IMG/VR virus record: IMGVR_UViG_3300049736_000695
Span: 14,400-78,399 of that record
Direction: 5' to 3' (one strand)
DNA: 64,000 bases
Source of the DNA: a virus
The notes below the pieces were generated by a model. That model saw only the letters and a list, made by a program, of their open reading frames with translations, did no database searches and had not been told where the DNA came from. Shown here one piece after another: positions 48,546 to 56,809 of this stretch; the stretch's first letter is position 1, and each line of letters opens with the position of its first letter. A program made the translations under genes and the position numbers.

Positions 48546-49204
48546 ATTACGCCTCTTTCGACAAGTGCTTTATAGTTTTCAATCTTAGGTCTTTTCGGTC
48601 CACCTTGTCTTATTTTTGGTCTTATATGAATAATATTTGCTTTATCTACATCATCATCAAATGAACTATAGTTCCATTGTGCACGATCGAAGTAGCGTTT
48701 TTCTTTAAATCCTGCAAGTACAGCACATCTATGCATAATACCTTCATCATTAAAGTTGCCGCTGAATTGTAACATTTCACTTATATGTAAATGTTTTCTA
48801 AATTCTTGTCGTAAATTTTTTTCTAAACGATAGCATGACCCACCCCAATATGGATATTCTGCATCACATAAGAATGGGAAATGACCTGCAAGTTTTTTTA
48901 CTAATGTTTCCTGAATATTATAATGTCTACCAATACCAGTTTCATCTGTAAAAATATTTGCTGTACAGCCTTTACGAAGAAACATATCAGTATCCATCAT
49001 TACAACAACATCATAGTCATCAAACTCTTCATTCATCATATAGAGTTTTTGTGATTGCGAACTAAGACCTGGATTAAATACCGCTCCGCGAAGTAACCTA
49101 TGATCAGCACCACAGAATTTAGCATACTCTTTAATATTTGCTACTGATAAATTTTCAAGTTCGCCTAGTGGACCAGACCAATGTTGTAAGATTATTTTTT
49201 TCAC
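48542..49204 (-). CDS. Glycosyltransferase (GT-A, DxD)
   Basis: YAKFCGADH, QKL, VMMDTDMF, NIF, DEGIMH, IIHIR. Confidence 0.72.
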   Translation of the reverse strand: MKKIILQHWSGPLGELENLSVANIKEYAKFCGADHRLLRGAVFNPGLSSQSQKLYMMNEEFDDYDVVVMMDTDMFLRKGCTANIFTDETGIGRHYNIQETLVKKLAGHFPFLCDAEYPYWGGSCYRLEKNLRQEFRKHLHISEMLQFSGNFNDEGIMHRCAVLAGFKEKRYFDRAQWNYSSFDDDVDKANIIHIRPKIRQGGPKRPKIENYKALVERGVI

Positions 49205-49935
49205 TTTCTCGTTCCAATAAGGTAGTGATCATTTGCTCTAAGCGGACATTTCCACATTTTCATATTATGGCTTTCAGATAGTTTTTTCTTTATGCCATAA
49301 AAATATTCTTTATTATCGATACCATGAAATGCTTTATTTTGTTTATGTGCAATCATAATATACTTATACTGTTCATAGTATGCCTCAATAATTTTTCTAT
49401 CATCAAGTGGCATTTCATTAATACTGAATGTTCCAATCAAAAGTGATTCATTTGCAGTTTTCGTAAGATTCTCCGGCTTTAAAGTTTTACAGGCATATGA
49501 ACCTTGAATCGTATTTGATAAAAAGTATTCTTGCATTTCATTCATTTGCGGGAAATCAAGTATATTATAATTGCCAGTAAATCCAAGTTTATGCATTGAA
49601 TAGCAAAGGTAACCATAACCTCCACCAATATCAGTAATATGACCAAGATCTTTTGGTTTAATTCCAAAGTGTTCTTTAATCAAAGAAATATAATACCCAC
49701 TTTGTATTGATATCAAGCTATGCTTGCCAAATTGAATATTTGGTTTGCCACATGACGGATCAGCTATCTTTGATAGATCTGCAAATTCACTATTCAGCTT
49801 CATATAGAGATTCATACCACCGTGCTCCGGATGTACGGTGCGCTTAATATTAGGCTGCGATAGAAAAGAACTCTTATTATTTCTGAATTCTTCTTGAATG
49901 GTAACAAGCCATTCTTGCCAATCTTTATTCGACAT
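49201..49935 (-). CDS. Putative sugar O-methyltransferase
   Basis: TDIGGGYG motif I, ILDFPQM...QEYFL, GTFSINEMP...R. Confidence 0.75.
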   Translation of the reverse strand: MSNKDWQEWLVTIQEEFRNNKSSFLSQPNIKRTVHPEHGGMNLYMKLNSEFADLSKIADPSCGKPNIQFGKHSLISIQSGYYISLIKEHFGIKPKDLGHITDIGGGYGYLCYSMHKLGFTGNYNILDFPQMNEMQEYFLSNTIQGSYACKTLKPENLTKTANESLLIGTFSINEMPLDDRKIIEAYYEQYKYIMIAHKQNKAFHGIDNKEYFYGIKKKLSESHNMKMWKCPLRANDHYLIGTRK

Positions 49936-50719
49936 TTTTCATCAATTCTTGTACGTTTTCACCATTCTCTGGCAGTTTATCTTTTAAGAAGAAATGTACA
50001 AAGTTTGCTTCTTTAATCTTACTATTATCTATTGCAGTATAAAGTGCATTCCATTTCCAATTCAGTCTTTGCACATTCATACCACATGTATTTACCCAAT
50101 AATTAAGTAGGGTTTGATCAGTTGACCATTTCCATGGTCCTGCTCCATCTACAAATTGTTTAAATTCTTGTCTACGTATAAACTGTTCTGGTGTTTGATT
50201 ATTGAGATATTTGGCAAATGATTTATTCATAACCATCATTCCCATATTCATAAATGGAAAACCTGTTTTGTCATTATATTGACCATACCATGCAGGAATC
50301 TTAAGAGTTCCATATTGCATGCGAGAATAACCTAATATTTTTTGAACGTACCATGGTTCAATTGGCAATTCACTTTCAACTACGCCACCAAAATCTACAT
50401 CAGCATCCATTTCTAAAAATATATTTGGTGCGCCTGGTCTAATCCAAATATCTGCATCTACTATTGCAATTTGATCATAGTCTTTAAAATAAGAAAAGGC
50501 GTTTTCCTTCTCAAAAATTGGAAGAAAACCGCCATGTTTCTCATAAGATTCTGTGCTACGCCCTGTCATAAAAACATCAGGTTTAATACGCAACTTAGGA
50601 ACAGTTTGTACTATATGATCAATATTGTGTTCGTCACAATATTTTGCAACGGAACCAATACAATGATGATACAGTCTAGATTTTGCACCTACTGCAACCT
50701 GATAAATAAGTCTTTTCAT
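49925..50719 (-). CDS. Glycosyltransferase (GT8-like)
   Basis: LIYQV, IFEK, AIVDADIWI, NMGMMV, TDQTLLNYW, KWNAL, FVHFF. Confidence 0.8.
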   Translation of the reverse strand: MKRLIYQVAVGAKSRLYHHCIGSVAKYCDEHNIDHIVQTVPKLRIKPDVFMTGRSTESYEKHGGFLPIFEKENAFSYFKDYDQIAIVDADIWIRPGAPNIFLEMDADVDFGGVVESELPIEPWYVQKILGYSRMQYGTLKIPAWYGQYNDKTGFPFMNMGMMVMNKSFAKYLNNQTPEQFIRRQEFKQFVDGAGPWKWSTDQTLLNYWVNTCGMNVQRLNWKWNALYTAIDNSKIKEANFVHFFLKDKLPENGENVQELMKNVE

Positions 50720-50727
50720 AATAACCC

Positions 50728-50925
50728 CTAATAACGAAGAAGATAGTCCCATTGTCCTTCTACTCTAACGCACAGCCAATCTCGCTTCATAGTTCTAAAA
50801 TCATACTTAAATTCCTGCTCTGTCTTTGCGACAAAACATTTATTTAAACCATCAAATATATCTATACTCTCTGCAACAGGATCACCACTTACAACGGTGA
50901 CCATGACTAGCATCCATTTTGCCAT
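50728..50925 (-). CDS. Small secreted Cys-pair protein
   Basis: MAKWMLVMVTV...C...C. Confidence 0.55.
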   Translation of the reverse strand: MAKWMLVMVTVVSGDPVAESIDIFDGLNKCFVAKTEQEFKYDFRTMKRDWLCVRVEGQWDYLLRY

Positions 50926-51266
50926 TATTTCTTAGGTGCTGGTTTTTTACCTTTTACGGCATCGGCCCCAAAGAATGCTGCAACTAATACAGATATTGAT
51001 ACAAAATATGTAGGCGCAATGTCACTAATTAATTGAGCCGCTTTATCTTGTCCAAGTATTGTTGTAATAAGAATAATTGCAGGATAAAGTAACATGCCAA
51101 ATAGTGCAAACCACGTCATTTTTCTCATAGCATCACGTTGTGCATCTGCGTCTTCAAGCTCTTTACGCTTAAATTCCAAATGCATCTCCAATTCATCAGA
51201 TGATATATGGCCGTCACCATTGGTATCAGCTTCATCCAAACCCTCGATTGTCTTCTTGTCTGCCAT
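50925..51266 (-). CDS. EF-hand-containing two-TM membrane protein (possible holin-like)
   Basis: DTNGDGHISSDE EF-hand loop followed by two hydrophobic helices; late promoter at 51369-51376. Confidence 0.65.
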   Translation of the reverse strand: MADKKTIEGLDEADTNGDGHISSDELEMHLEFKRKELEDADAQRDAMRKMTWFALFGMLLYPAIILITTILGQDKAAQLISDIAPTYFVSISVLVAAFFGADAVKGKKPAPKK

Positions 51267-51459
51267 TTTCGTACTCCGTGATAATAGTCTCGGCAATTTG
51301 AAATGCCATCTGGTATCCATCACGAAGGGAATTGGACTTATGTCCATTTTCAACAAACCATTTTAGAGTATTTATATCTGAACCACGCTGTTCAAGTTTA
51401 AAGTCTTCAGTTGTTTCTTCAAACTGCGTTCTTAAGTTCAAAAGTTCTTGCACGTTCAA
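51232..51459 (-). CDS. Hypothetical protein
   Basis: 75 aa ORF bridging neighbours; start uncertain. Confidence 0.5.
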   Translation of the reverse strand: MNVQELLNLRTQFEETTEDFKLEQRGSDINTLKWFVENGHKSNSLRDGYQMAFQIAETIITEYENGRQEDNRGFG

Positions 51460-51952
51460 TCGCTATCTCCAATTTGCTAAATAAAGTTTCTATGTCGTCT
51501 TGATCACATTGAAAAACAATGCCTATACCACCAGCCTCAATCCATCTACGGACATTATCTGGTCGATCATCAATAAGAATGTTTGGTTTACGAGTAAGTT
51601 TATTCCAAGCATACTTATGTTTATTAGAAGTAAAGATCATATTCTCAATAAGCGGTGGAACATAAAGATTATCTTCTAACCATCTACGTTTCCAATATGC
51701 TGAGTTATCTCTATCACCGCGAAGTGGAGAAGAACAGATACCCCAATCACCATCAGTAATATCCTCTACAAAGCTTACAATTTTATTTGATTCCGGAAAC
51801 TTAGGAAGCGTATAAAACCAGCCTGTGTTACGAAGAGATGCAAATGCTGCTTCTCTATCATTAAGAGATTTCCAATGGTCTACATCAAATTTTTGTTTGA
51901 TGGCTCCAAAGAAGTCTGCAATGACTCCATCCATATCTAAATATACTGTCAT
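51419..51952 (-). CDS. 5'(3')-deoxyribonucleotidase (HAD family)
   Basis: YLDMDGVIADF, CSSP, WKRRWL, LIDDRPDN...W...GG.G. Confidence 0.88.
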   Translation of the reverse strand: MTVYLDMDGVIADFFGAIKQKFDVDHWKSLNDREAAFASLRNTGWFYTLPKFPESNKIVSFVEDITDGDWGICSSPLRGDRDNSAYWKRRWLEDNLYVPPLIENMIFTSNKHKYAWNKLTRKPNILIDDRPDNVRRWIEAGGIGIVFQCDQDDIETLFSKLEIAIERARTFELKNAV

Positions 51953-52494
51953 TTTTCCCACCTATAAAATATATGTTGATCAATTTTTATTGTTTGTTTT
52001 TTTGTTGATGCCCATTCAGGTTTTACGTAGTCGGCATGATAATGAGTAGCGCCATCGGTGAAGTCTGTAAGATGTCCATTATAGATCTTAAAAGCGATGG
52101 TACGAGCAAACTCATAAATGTCGAGATCAACAGTAGGAATATTGTCAGACTTCCCATCGCAGTACCAACTAAATTGACAGCGATGGCGCAATGGGACCAT
52201 ATTGTTTTTGTCTTTCCAAGATGGTCTTTCAGGTCCTTGTTTAATAACCTCACAATATGAGTGAGGAAAACGAGTATCGTTAACACGATTACGAGTGACA
52301 AAAGCGACACCGATCATTCCTTTTCCTGTTTGATTACGAGCTTCCCAGTAGATATTATCTGCTAAACATTTTTGTTCAGATTCCGCAGAATGTAGTAATC
52401 CAGCTTGGGCTGTTGCGCCGAAAGCAGACTTACCAGTAACAAGTCCTCCTAAGAATGCTGCAGCCATTGCACCAAAGAAAACATAACGCTTCAT
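51949..52494 (-). CDS. Cell wall hydrolase (SleB/Hydrolase_2)
   Basis: CLADNIYWEAR, VAFVTRNRV, CQFSWYCDG, TDGATHYHADYVKPEW, HIFY. Confidence 0.92.
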   Translation of the reverse strand: MKRYVFFGAMAAAFLGGLVTGKSAFGATAQAGLLHSAESEQKCLADNIYWEARNQTGKGMIGVAFVTRNRVNDTRFPHSYCEVIKQGPERPSWKDKNNMVPLRHRCQFSWYCDGKSDNIPTVDLDIYEFARTIAFKIYNGHLTDFTDGATHYHADYVKPEWASTKKQTIKIDQHIFYRWEK

Positions 52495-52661
52495 TTGGCT
52501 ACCTCATGGTTGTATGAATAACCACACATTTCCATAAGATCTTTTAACTTACGAACTTCGTCTGAAGTCAGAGTTAAAAGCTGCTTACGCATGTTTTCTT
52601 CTGACATGTCAACTGCAAGCGAACTGAATAATTTTTCCAATGCTACGTAATGATATTCCAT
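52491..52661 (-). CDS. Small hypothetical protein (56 aa, not in ORF track)
   Basis: MEYHYVALEKLFSSLAVDMSEE...; GGAG SD; coupled at both ends. Confidence 0.55.
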   Translation of the reverse strand: MEYHYVALEKLFSSLAVDMSEENMRKQLLTLTSDEVRKLKDLMEMCGYSYNHEVAK

Positions 52662-52888
52662 TATATAACTCTCCCATTTGCAATGATAGAAGACATCATC
52701 AACCGAGCCTGCTTAAGGCGAGACTCGAGATGCTTAATCACTTTAGGATTTTGAACTGCGCATTCAGCTTCTTCCATCAACCATACTGGAATAACACGAA
52801 GCATACGCTCGACACTTTCACGCTGTCTGTCAGGTGTTAGTGTATTAATCATTCGCTTATAAGCTGCGTTTGAAATTGGTCTATTCAT
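52661..52888 (-). CDS. Early hypothetical protein
   Basis: GAGGAG SD and promoter cassette upstream. Confidence 0.65.
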   Translation of the reverse strand: MNRPISNAAYKRMINTLTPDRQRESVERMLRVIPVWLMEEAECAVQNPKVIKHLESRLKQARLMMSSIIANGRVI

Positions 52889-52901
52889 AATATATCTCCT
52901 C

Positions 52902-53002
52902 TTTTCATTTTATAGATATATTATATACTATTTTTGCCGAAATGTACACAAAAAAGTGCACGTAGTTATTTAATAAAAACAACCACTTGTAATTTTTTTT
53001 CT
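52902..53002 (-). repeat. ~100 bp early-promoter cassette, copy B
   Basis: GTGTACA-N17-TATAAT with flanks similar to 41681-41782. Confidence 0.8.
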
Positions 53003-53003
53003 T

Positions 53004-53672
53004 TTAGTGAAATAATTTACGTGTATCGTATTCTTTTTTAGTATCGATAAGAAGCTGAATGTGGTTATCGCGATGCTCTTTAAACACTAAAGGTTCATTG
53101 TCATCTACATCCATGATAACCACTGTATTAGTAATAGGTCTATGAGTACGTTCTTCAAACATAACAGCATAACCAGCCATCTGAGCAAAGTAATTAGTAA
53201 TCCATTCTTTTTTCTTTGGCTTACGTGATGTTTTAAAGTCTATAATAGATGGTACACCATCAAACTCAGCAATACAATCGCATCGACCAGCAAGGCCAAG
53301 GTGATTAGAATAAAGAGGTACCTCAAGACCGTAGATTTTTCCAATCCGGTTATCCAAAATCGGACGTAGGTTTTCGAGGCTTTGTCTAATATGCGGGAGA
53401 TAGTCTTCAATGCTTTCATTCTTTAAGTATCCTTCTATAATTGAATGAACTAGGGTTCCACGACCAGCAGCCTTTGTGCTGATTTTATTTGCTTCTTCCT
53501 CCCCTACACGAGCCCTCCACTTCGCAATACCTTCTTCGCTTAGTATACTTAAAACTGTAGTAATACTAGGAAACCTACTACCATCAGGAGCAGTATAAGT
53601 TCTCCCGTGTTTACCTGTGTTAGCATCCAAGTCTTGATATCCAAGATCAACTTCTTCATGTATAAACCTCAT
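53004..53672 (-). CDS. PD-(D/E)XK exonuclease
   Basis: PSITTVLS, WRARVG, RGT.VH, LAGRCDCI, IIDFKTS, YFAQ..GYA. Confidence 0.88.
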   Translation of the reverse strand: MRFIHEEVDLGYQDLDANTGKHGRTYTAPDGSRFPSITTVLSILSEEGIAKWRARVGEEEANKISTKAAGRGTLVHSIIEGYLKNESIEDYLPHIRQSLENLRPILDNRIGKIYGLEVPLYSNHLGLAGRCDCIAEFDGVPSIIDFKTSRKPKKKEWITNYFAQMAGYAVMFEERTHRPITNTVVIMDVDDNEPLVFKEHRDNHIQLLIDTKKEYDTRKLFH

Positions 53673-53908
53673 GTTTTAATTGTATTCCCTTTGCCAGAGC
53701 CTTTTTTAATTCTACCTAAAAGATCTTTCCAACCATCACTAGTATTTTTGTTTACATGTGTGGCACCGCCTGTTGCTGAAAAATGTGGTACAGTTAATAC
53801 TTTAATAAGATCTGGACTATGATCAAGCAACTCTTGTAACTCATCATAGGAACAATTAACATCCCATTGATTTTGTGTTTTAAGGTCTTTTACGGTATAC
53901 ACCGGCAT
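53669..53908 (-). CDS. Small conserved protein (FmdB-like N-terminus)
   Basis: MPVYT, DGWKDLL.RIK. Confidence 0.6.
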   Translation of the reverse strand: MPVYTVKDLKTQNQWDVNCSYDELQELLDHSPDLIKVLTVPHFSATGGATHVNKNTSDGWKDLLGRIKKGSGKGNTIKT

Positions 53909-54475
53909 TTAACAAGCCTCCTTGTGCTCGAACCAATATGGTTTAGTACGAGTCTTTTCCCATGCCATTTTGAATCGATCTTGTTTAGTATGATAGAATG
54001 CACGATAAGATTTAACAGCATCTTCGAACATACATTCTGGATTTGAAGTCATAGCAAGTTTGAATGGTGTCATACCGCTTTTTGGAATATTATTTGGTAT
54101 TGACCATAGTGGATCTTTTAGTTGACTTGATTTATGAATTTTGCCAAAGCGATATTCGAATTCGTCGCATAGAGCAACAAAATGATTCCAATGCCATAGA
54201 TAGTTATCTGAGGATTCCATAGTCCATACTGTACAAGGATGCTTGTAGTGTACAGCTTTGTAAAGTACATCATCCATTTGTGGATTGTCAAACAGACGAT
54301 AATGTTTTACCATACGTTTGCCAGATTTTGATGGACCGATTTGTACTGTACCATCGAGCATGCGATGAGCAGTGGAAAGCATTTGTGCGCTTTCCACCAC
54401 CATTTTAGGTACATGTTTGTCGCACTGCATATGAGCAGCAACAACAGGATCTTCGTGTAAAATAAAAATATTCAT
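53909..54475 (-). CDS. Pyrimidine-dimer DNA glycosylase/endonuclease V-like protein
   Basis: MNIF.L..DP..AA...CDKHV.KM.VESAQMLSTAH, YK..H..HPCTVW, YRAFY. Confidence 0.8.
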   Translation of the reverse strand: MNIFILHEDPVVAAHMQCDKHVPKMVVESAQMLSTAHRMLDGTVQIGPSKSGKRMVKHYRLFDNPQMDDVLYKAVHYKHPCTVWTMESSDNYLWHWNHFVALCDEFEYRFGKIHKSSQLKDPLWSIPNNIPKSGMTPFKLAMTSNPECMFEDAVKSYRAFYHTKQDRFKMAWEKTRTKPYWFEHKEAC

Positions 54476-54481
54476 TATATA

Positions 54482-54519
54482 ATTATAACCTCAATCAACT
54501 AATTTGTACACAGTTATTT
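54482..54519 (-). promoter_or_regulatory. Early promoter
   Basis: AAATAACTGTGTACA-N17-TATAAT. Confidence 0.75.
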
Positions 54520-54526
54520 TTACCCA

Positions 54527-54751
54527 TCATTGTAAAGACGGCAAAGGCAATTGCCCAGTCTTTACTAAATATAACTGCTGTATTCTCCATAATTTTTCTA
54601 GTACTCTCCGCCTTCGTCTATCTTTTTGTTTTCTAACTTTTAGCCAGTTTTCGTTTATCATATACAACTTTACTCTTTTGTCCTTACGAATCATATTTTT
54701 GATTTGTTTGTGTAATTTTTTTTGCTTTAAGGGTTTGAGTTGTGGGTACAT
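54527..54751 (-). CDS. Small basic hypothetical protein
   Basis: 74 aa, K/R-rich; AGGA SD. Confidence 0.5.
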   Translation of the reverse strand: MYPQLKPLKQKKLHKQIKNMIRKDKRVKLYMINENWLKVRKQKDRRRRRVLEKLWRIQQLYLVKTGQLPLPSLQ

Positions 54752-54776
54752 TGACTTCCTTAATGTGCGTTAAGAG

Positions 54777-55196
54777 TTAATCTTTGAGCAAGCCGGGGAA
54801 CGCCTCCTCTACGATAGGTCGAGTAATGTACTTCGGTGGTTCTTTATTAATCATCTTAACGACAACTTCCGCATCCTCAGGGTGAATACCTTCAAGTAAA
54901 CCAATAAACAGTCTTTCTCGTTTAAACGAAGGCAGACTTTCACACTCTCGTATTCCCTTTACGAAGTACTTGAATTTAGTATTTTCTCTGATAAGATTTG
55001 CGGGGTGGTTATGTGGTTCTGAAGGCTCGTATGGTACTTCACCTTTTGGTATTTTCCACGTAACAGTTGAATCAAACGTACCGCGAAGTACATCTTTTAA
55101 AGCCCAAGATTCATTTTGTTTTAGAACTTTAATTTTATCTTCCTTTAGTCTTTGTTTTGCTGCTTCTTGCAAAACTTCAAAAACATACTTTACCAT
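54777..55196 (-). CDS. Conserved T4-like protein (DUF6433-like)
   Basis: P.GEVPY, KRERLFIGLLEGIHPEDAE, VEEAFP. Confidence 0.7.
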   Translation of the reverse strand: MVKYVFEVLQEAAKQRLKEDKIKVLKQNESWALKDVLRGTFDSTVTWKIPKGEVPYEPSEPHNHPANLIRENTKFKYFVKGIRECESLPSFKRERLFIGLLEGIHPEDAEVVVKMINKEPPKYITRPIVEEAFPGLLKD

Positions 55197-56045
55197 CTAT
55201 AAAAATTCCTCCACAGATTCAATTAACATCTTCATGTTTTTATTTATAAGATATGGAAACACTTTACCTTTATTATGCCAAGGATCTTGCGAATTATATT
55301 CAGAAACAATTTCTTCTTTTATTGCAGTTGGCGTTTTAGAAAGGTCAATAAGAGTTTCATTACGGCAATAGTTACGATACCATGAAGCTGCATAAAGCAA
55401 TTCGCCTTCTGCAAGATCTTCGATGATTGCTTCTTTCTTTTTCTTTGATAGTGGCGTTTGCCTGTCACCATTTACAAAGGTATCATCATGTGATAATACA
55501 TTAGGTATACCATCACCAGCATCGCCAGTAAGAATCTTGAGTTGTAGATTTTGGCGAGGATGTGTTTCTTCTACAAACTTTTTAGTCATAGGAGAAAACT
55601 GTTTTACGTTATCATACCTTTGCAATTGTTTAAAGTCGTGATCTGAAGATACGATCATTACTTTTTCATACTGACCAAACTCTTGTGTTTGTTCGACCAT
55701 AGTACCGATAATATCGTCTGCTTCGCTGTTGTCAATATGAATTACTCTGTAAGGAAAGTTTTCTTTGATTTCGTCTTTAACTTGATGCATAATACGAAAT
55801 GCTTCTGCCCAGTCAAAATCTGATTCAGTGCGACCTGACCGGCGGTTTGCTTTGTATTGTGGAAAGTAATCACGGCGCCAGCTTGATGAGTCACATGCAA
55901 GTACCATTTGACCGTATTCAGCTTTGAATTTTTTATTGTACATGCGAAGTGAATTGAGAATCATATGCCGAAGCATCTGTTCGTCATTTACTTTATTAAC
56001 AGCAATTGTGGCAATTGCAATACCAGAGAAATCGACAAGAATCAT
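55197..56045 (-). CDS. rnh: T4-like RNase H (5'-3' exonuclease)
   Basis: ILVDFS, WRRDYFPQYKANR, EADDIIG, IVSSDHDFKQL, GDAGDGIPN, RNETLIDL. Confidence 0.92.
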   Translation of the reverse strand: MILVDFSGIAIATIAVNKVNDEQMLRHMILNSLRMYNKKFKAEYGQMVLACDSSSWRRDYFPQYKANRRSGRTESDFDWAEAFRIMHQVKDEIKENFPYRVIHIDNSEADDIIGTMVEQTQEFGQYEKVMIVSSDHDFKQLQRYDNVKQFSPMTKKFVEETHPRQNLQLKILTGDAGDGIPNVLSHDDTFVNGDRQTPLSKKKKEAIIEDLAEGELLYAASWYRNYCRNETLIDLSKTPTAIKEEIVSEYNSQDPWHNKGKVFPYLINKNMKMLIESVEEFL

Positions 56046-56074
56046 ATATAAGCTCCTACTTTTATTATAGGATT

Positions 56075-56113
56075 ATTATATACTGTTTTTACGCCAATGT
56101 ACACAGTTAATTT
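56075..56113 (-). promoter_or_regulatory. Early promoter for rnh
   Basis: AAATTAACTGTGTACA-N17-TATAAT. Confidence 0.78.
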
Positions 56114-56114
56114 A

Positions 56115-56528
56115 TTATTTTGGTTCTTTTTTAGGCAAATGTTTTGAATGAATTTTACAACCAATAAATTCATTATAGTAATCGTCTCGAAATAAAACAT
56201 CAAGTTTAAATTGTAGCTTAGCTTCATAATATGACATCTCACCTTTAGTTTTACAAAGTATTAGGATTTCTCTTTTGTAACGATCTTGCCCTCGCTGTTC
56301 AATGAGTAATTGAAGTTCTTTATTAGATCCATAATATTCTCGCCAGTCGGACTCGACTTTAGTTCTTTGCCGTCTAGCTCTTTTGCTATTTTTTGGTAAT
56401 ATTTTAGGCCGCCAGAAGTTCTTTTTACCGATATATTTCTTGTTTGTATCCAGTTCTGTAATTCTGTATACGAACCCTTGGTATTCATCTGGGGTTTCAT
56501 TGTAAATTTGTTCATTGTAATACCACAT
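56115..56528 (-). CDS. GIY-YIG nuclease-like protein (Seg-like)
   Basis: GFVYRIT.....KKYIGKK, SDWREYYGS, REIL, YYN. Confidence 0.8.
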   Translation of the reverse strand: MWYYNEQIYNETPDEYQGFVYRITELDTNKKYIGKKNFWRPKILPKNSKRARRQRTKVESDWREYYGSNKELQLLIEQRGQDRYKREILILCKTKGEMSYYEAKLQFKLDVLFRDDYYNEFIGCKIHSKHLPKKEPK

Positions 56529-56542
56529 AAATTATATATGCA

Positions 56543-56671
56543 TTATAAATCTTCATCATCTTCAGTAGCTTCTGTTCTTCTACCGCAGTGTGGGCAAAAC
56601 TCTACTTCTACATAAGAGAGAACAATCGATTCATTATCACACTCTTCACATTCAACTCTCCATTGCTTCAT
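56543..56671 (-). CDS. Small zinc-ribbon protein (42 aa, not in ORF track)
   Basis: MKQWRVECEECD...FCPHCG. Confidence 0.65.
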   Translation of the reverse strand: MKQWRVECEECDNESIVLSYVEVEFCPHCGRRTEATEDDEDL

Positions 56672-56808
56672 GAACCGATTCTTTCTAAGATCTCTAATTT
56701 TCTTTCGTCAGTTGCTCTTAGCCATTCGGTAATTTCTTTTGCAGATCTTTCACAACCTATACAAATACCATCTATTACCGTACAAACTTGTATGCAAGGA
56801 GATGGCAC
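56668..56808 (-). CDS. DUF1289-like small Cys-rich protein (46 aa, not in ORF track)
   Basis: SPCIQVC...ICIGCERS..EITEW. Confidence 0.7.
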   Translation of the reverse strand: MPSPCIQVCTVIDGICIGCERSAKEITEWLRATDERKLEILERIGS

Positions 56809-56809
56809 T

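Noticed and set aside
53004-53672. Exonuclease as Cas4 of a CRISPR system
   Set aside because: No array or other cas genes, no Fe-S Cys set; a common T4-like PD-(D/E)XK nuclease
38993-56113. Dispersed 30-44 bp repeats as a possible CRISPR array or att sites
   Set aside because: Not regularly spaced; each has -35/-10 geometry upstream of a gene, so they are promoters
56115-56528. GIY-YIG ORF as an intron-encoded homing endonuclease
   Set aside because: Free-standing and short; neighbouring rnh and nrdJ are uninterrupted
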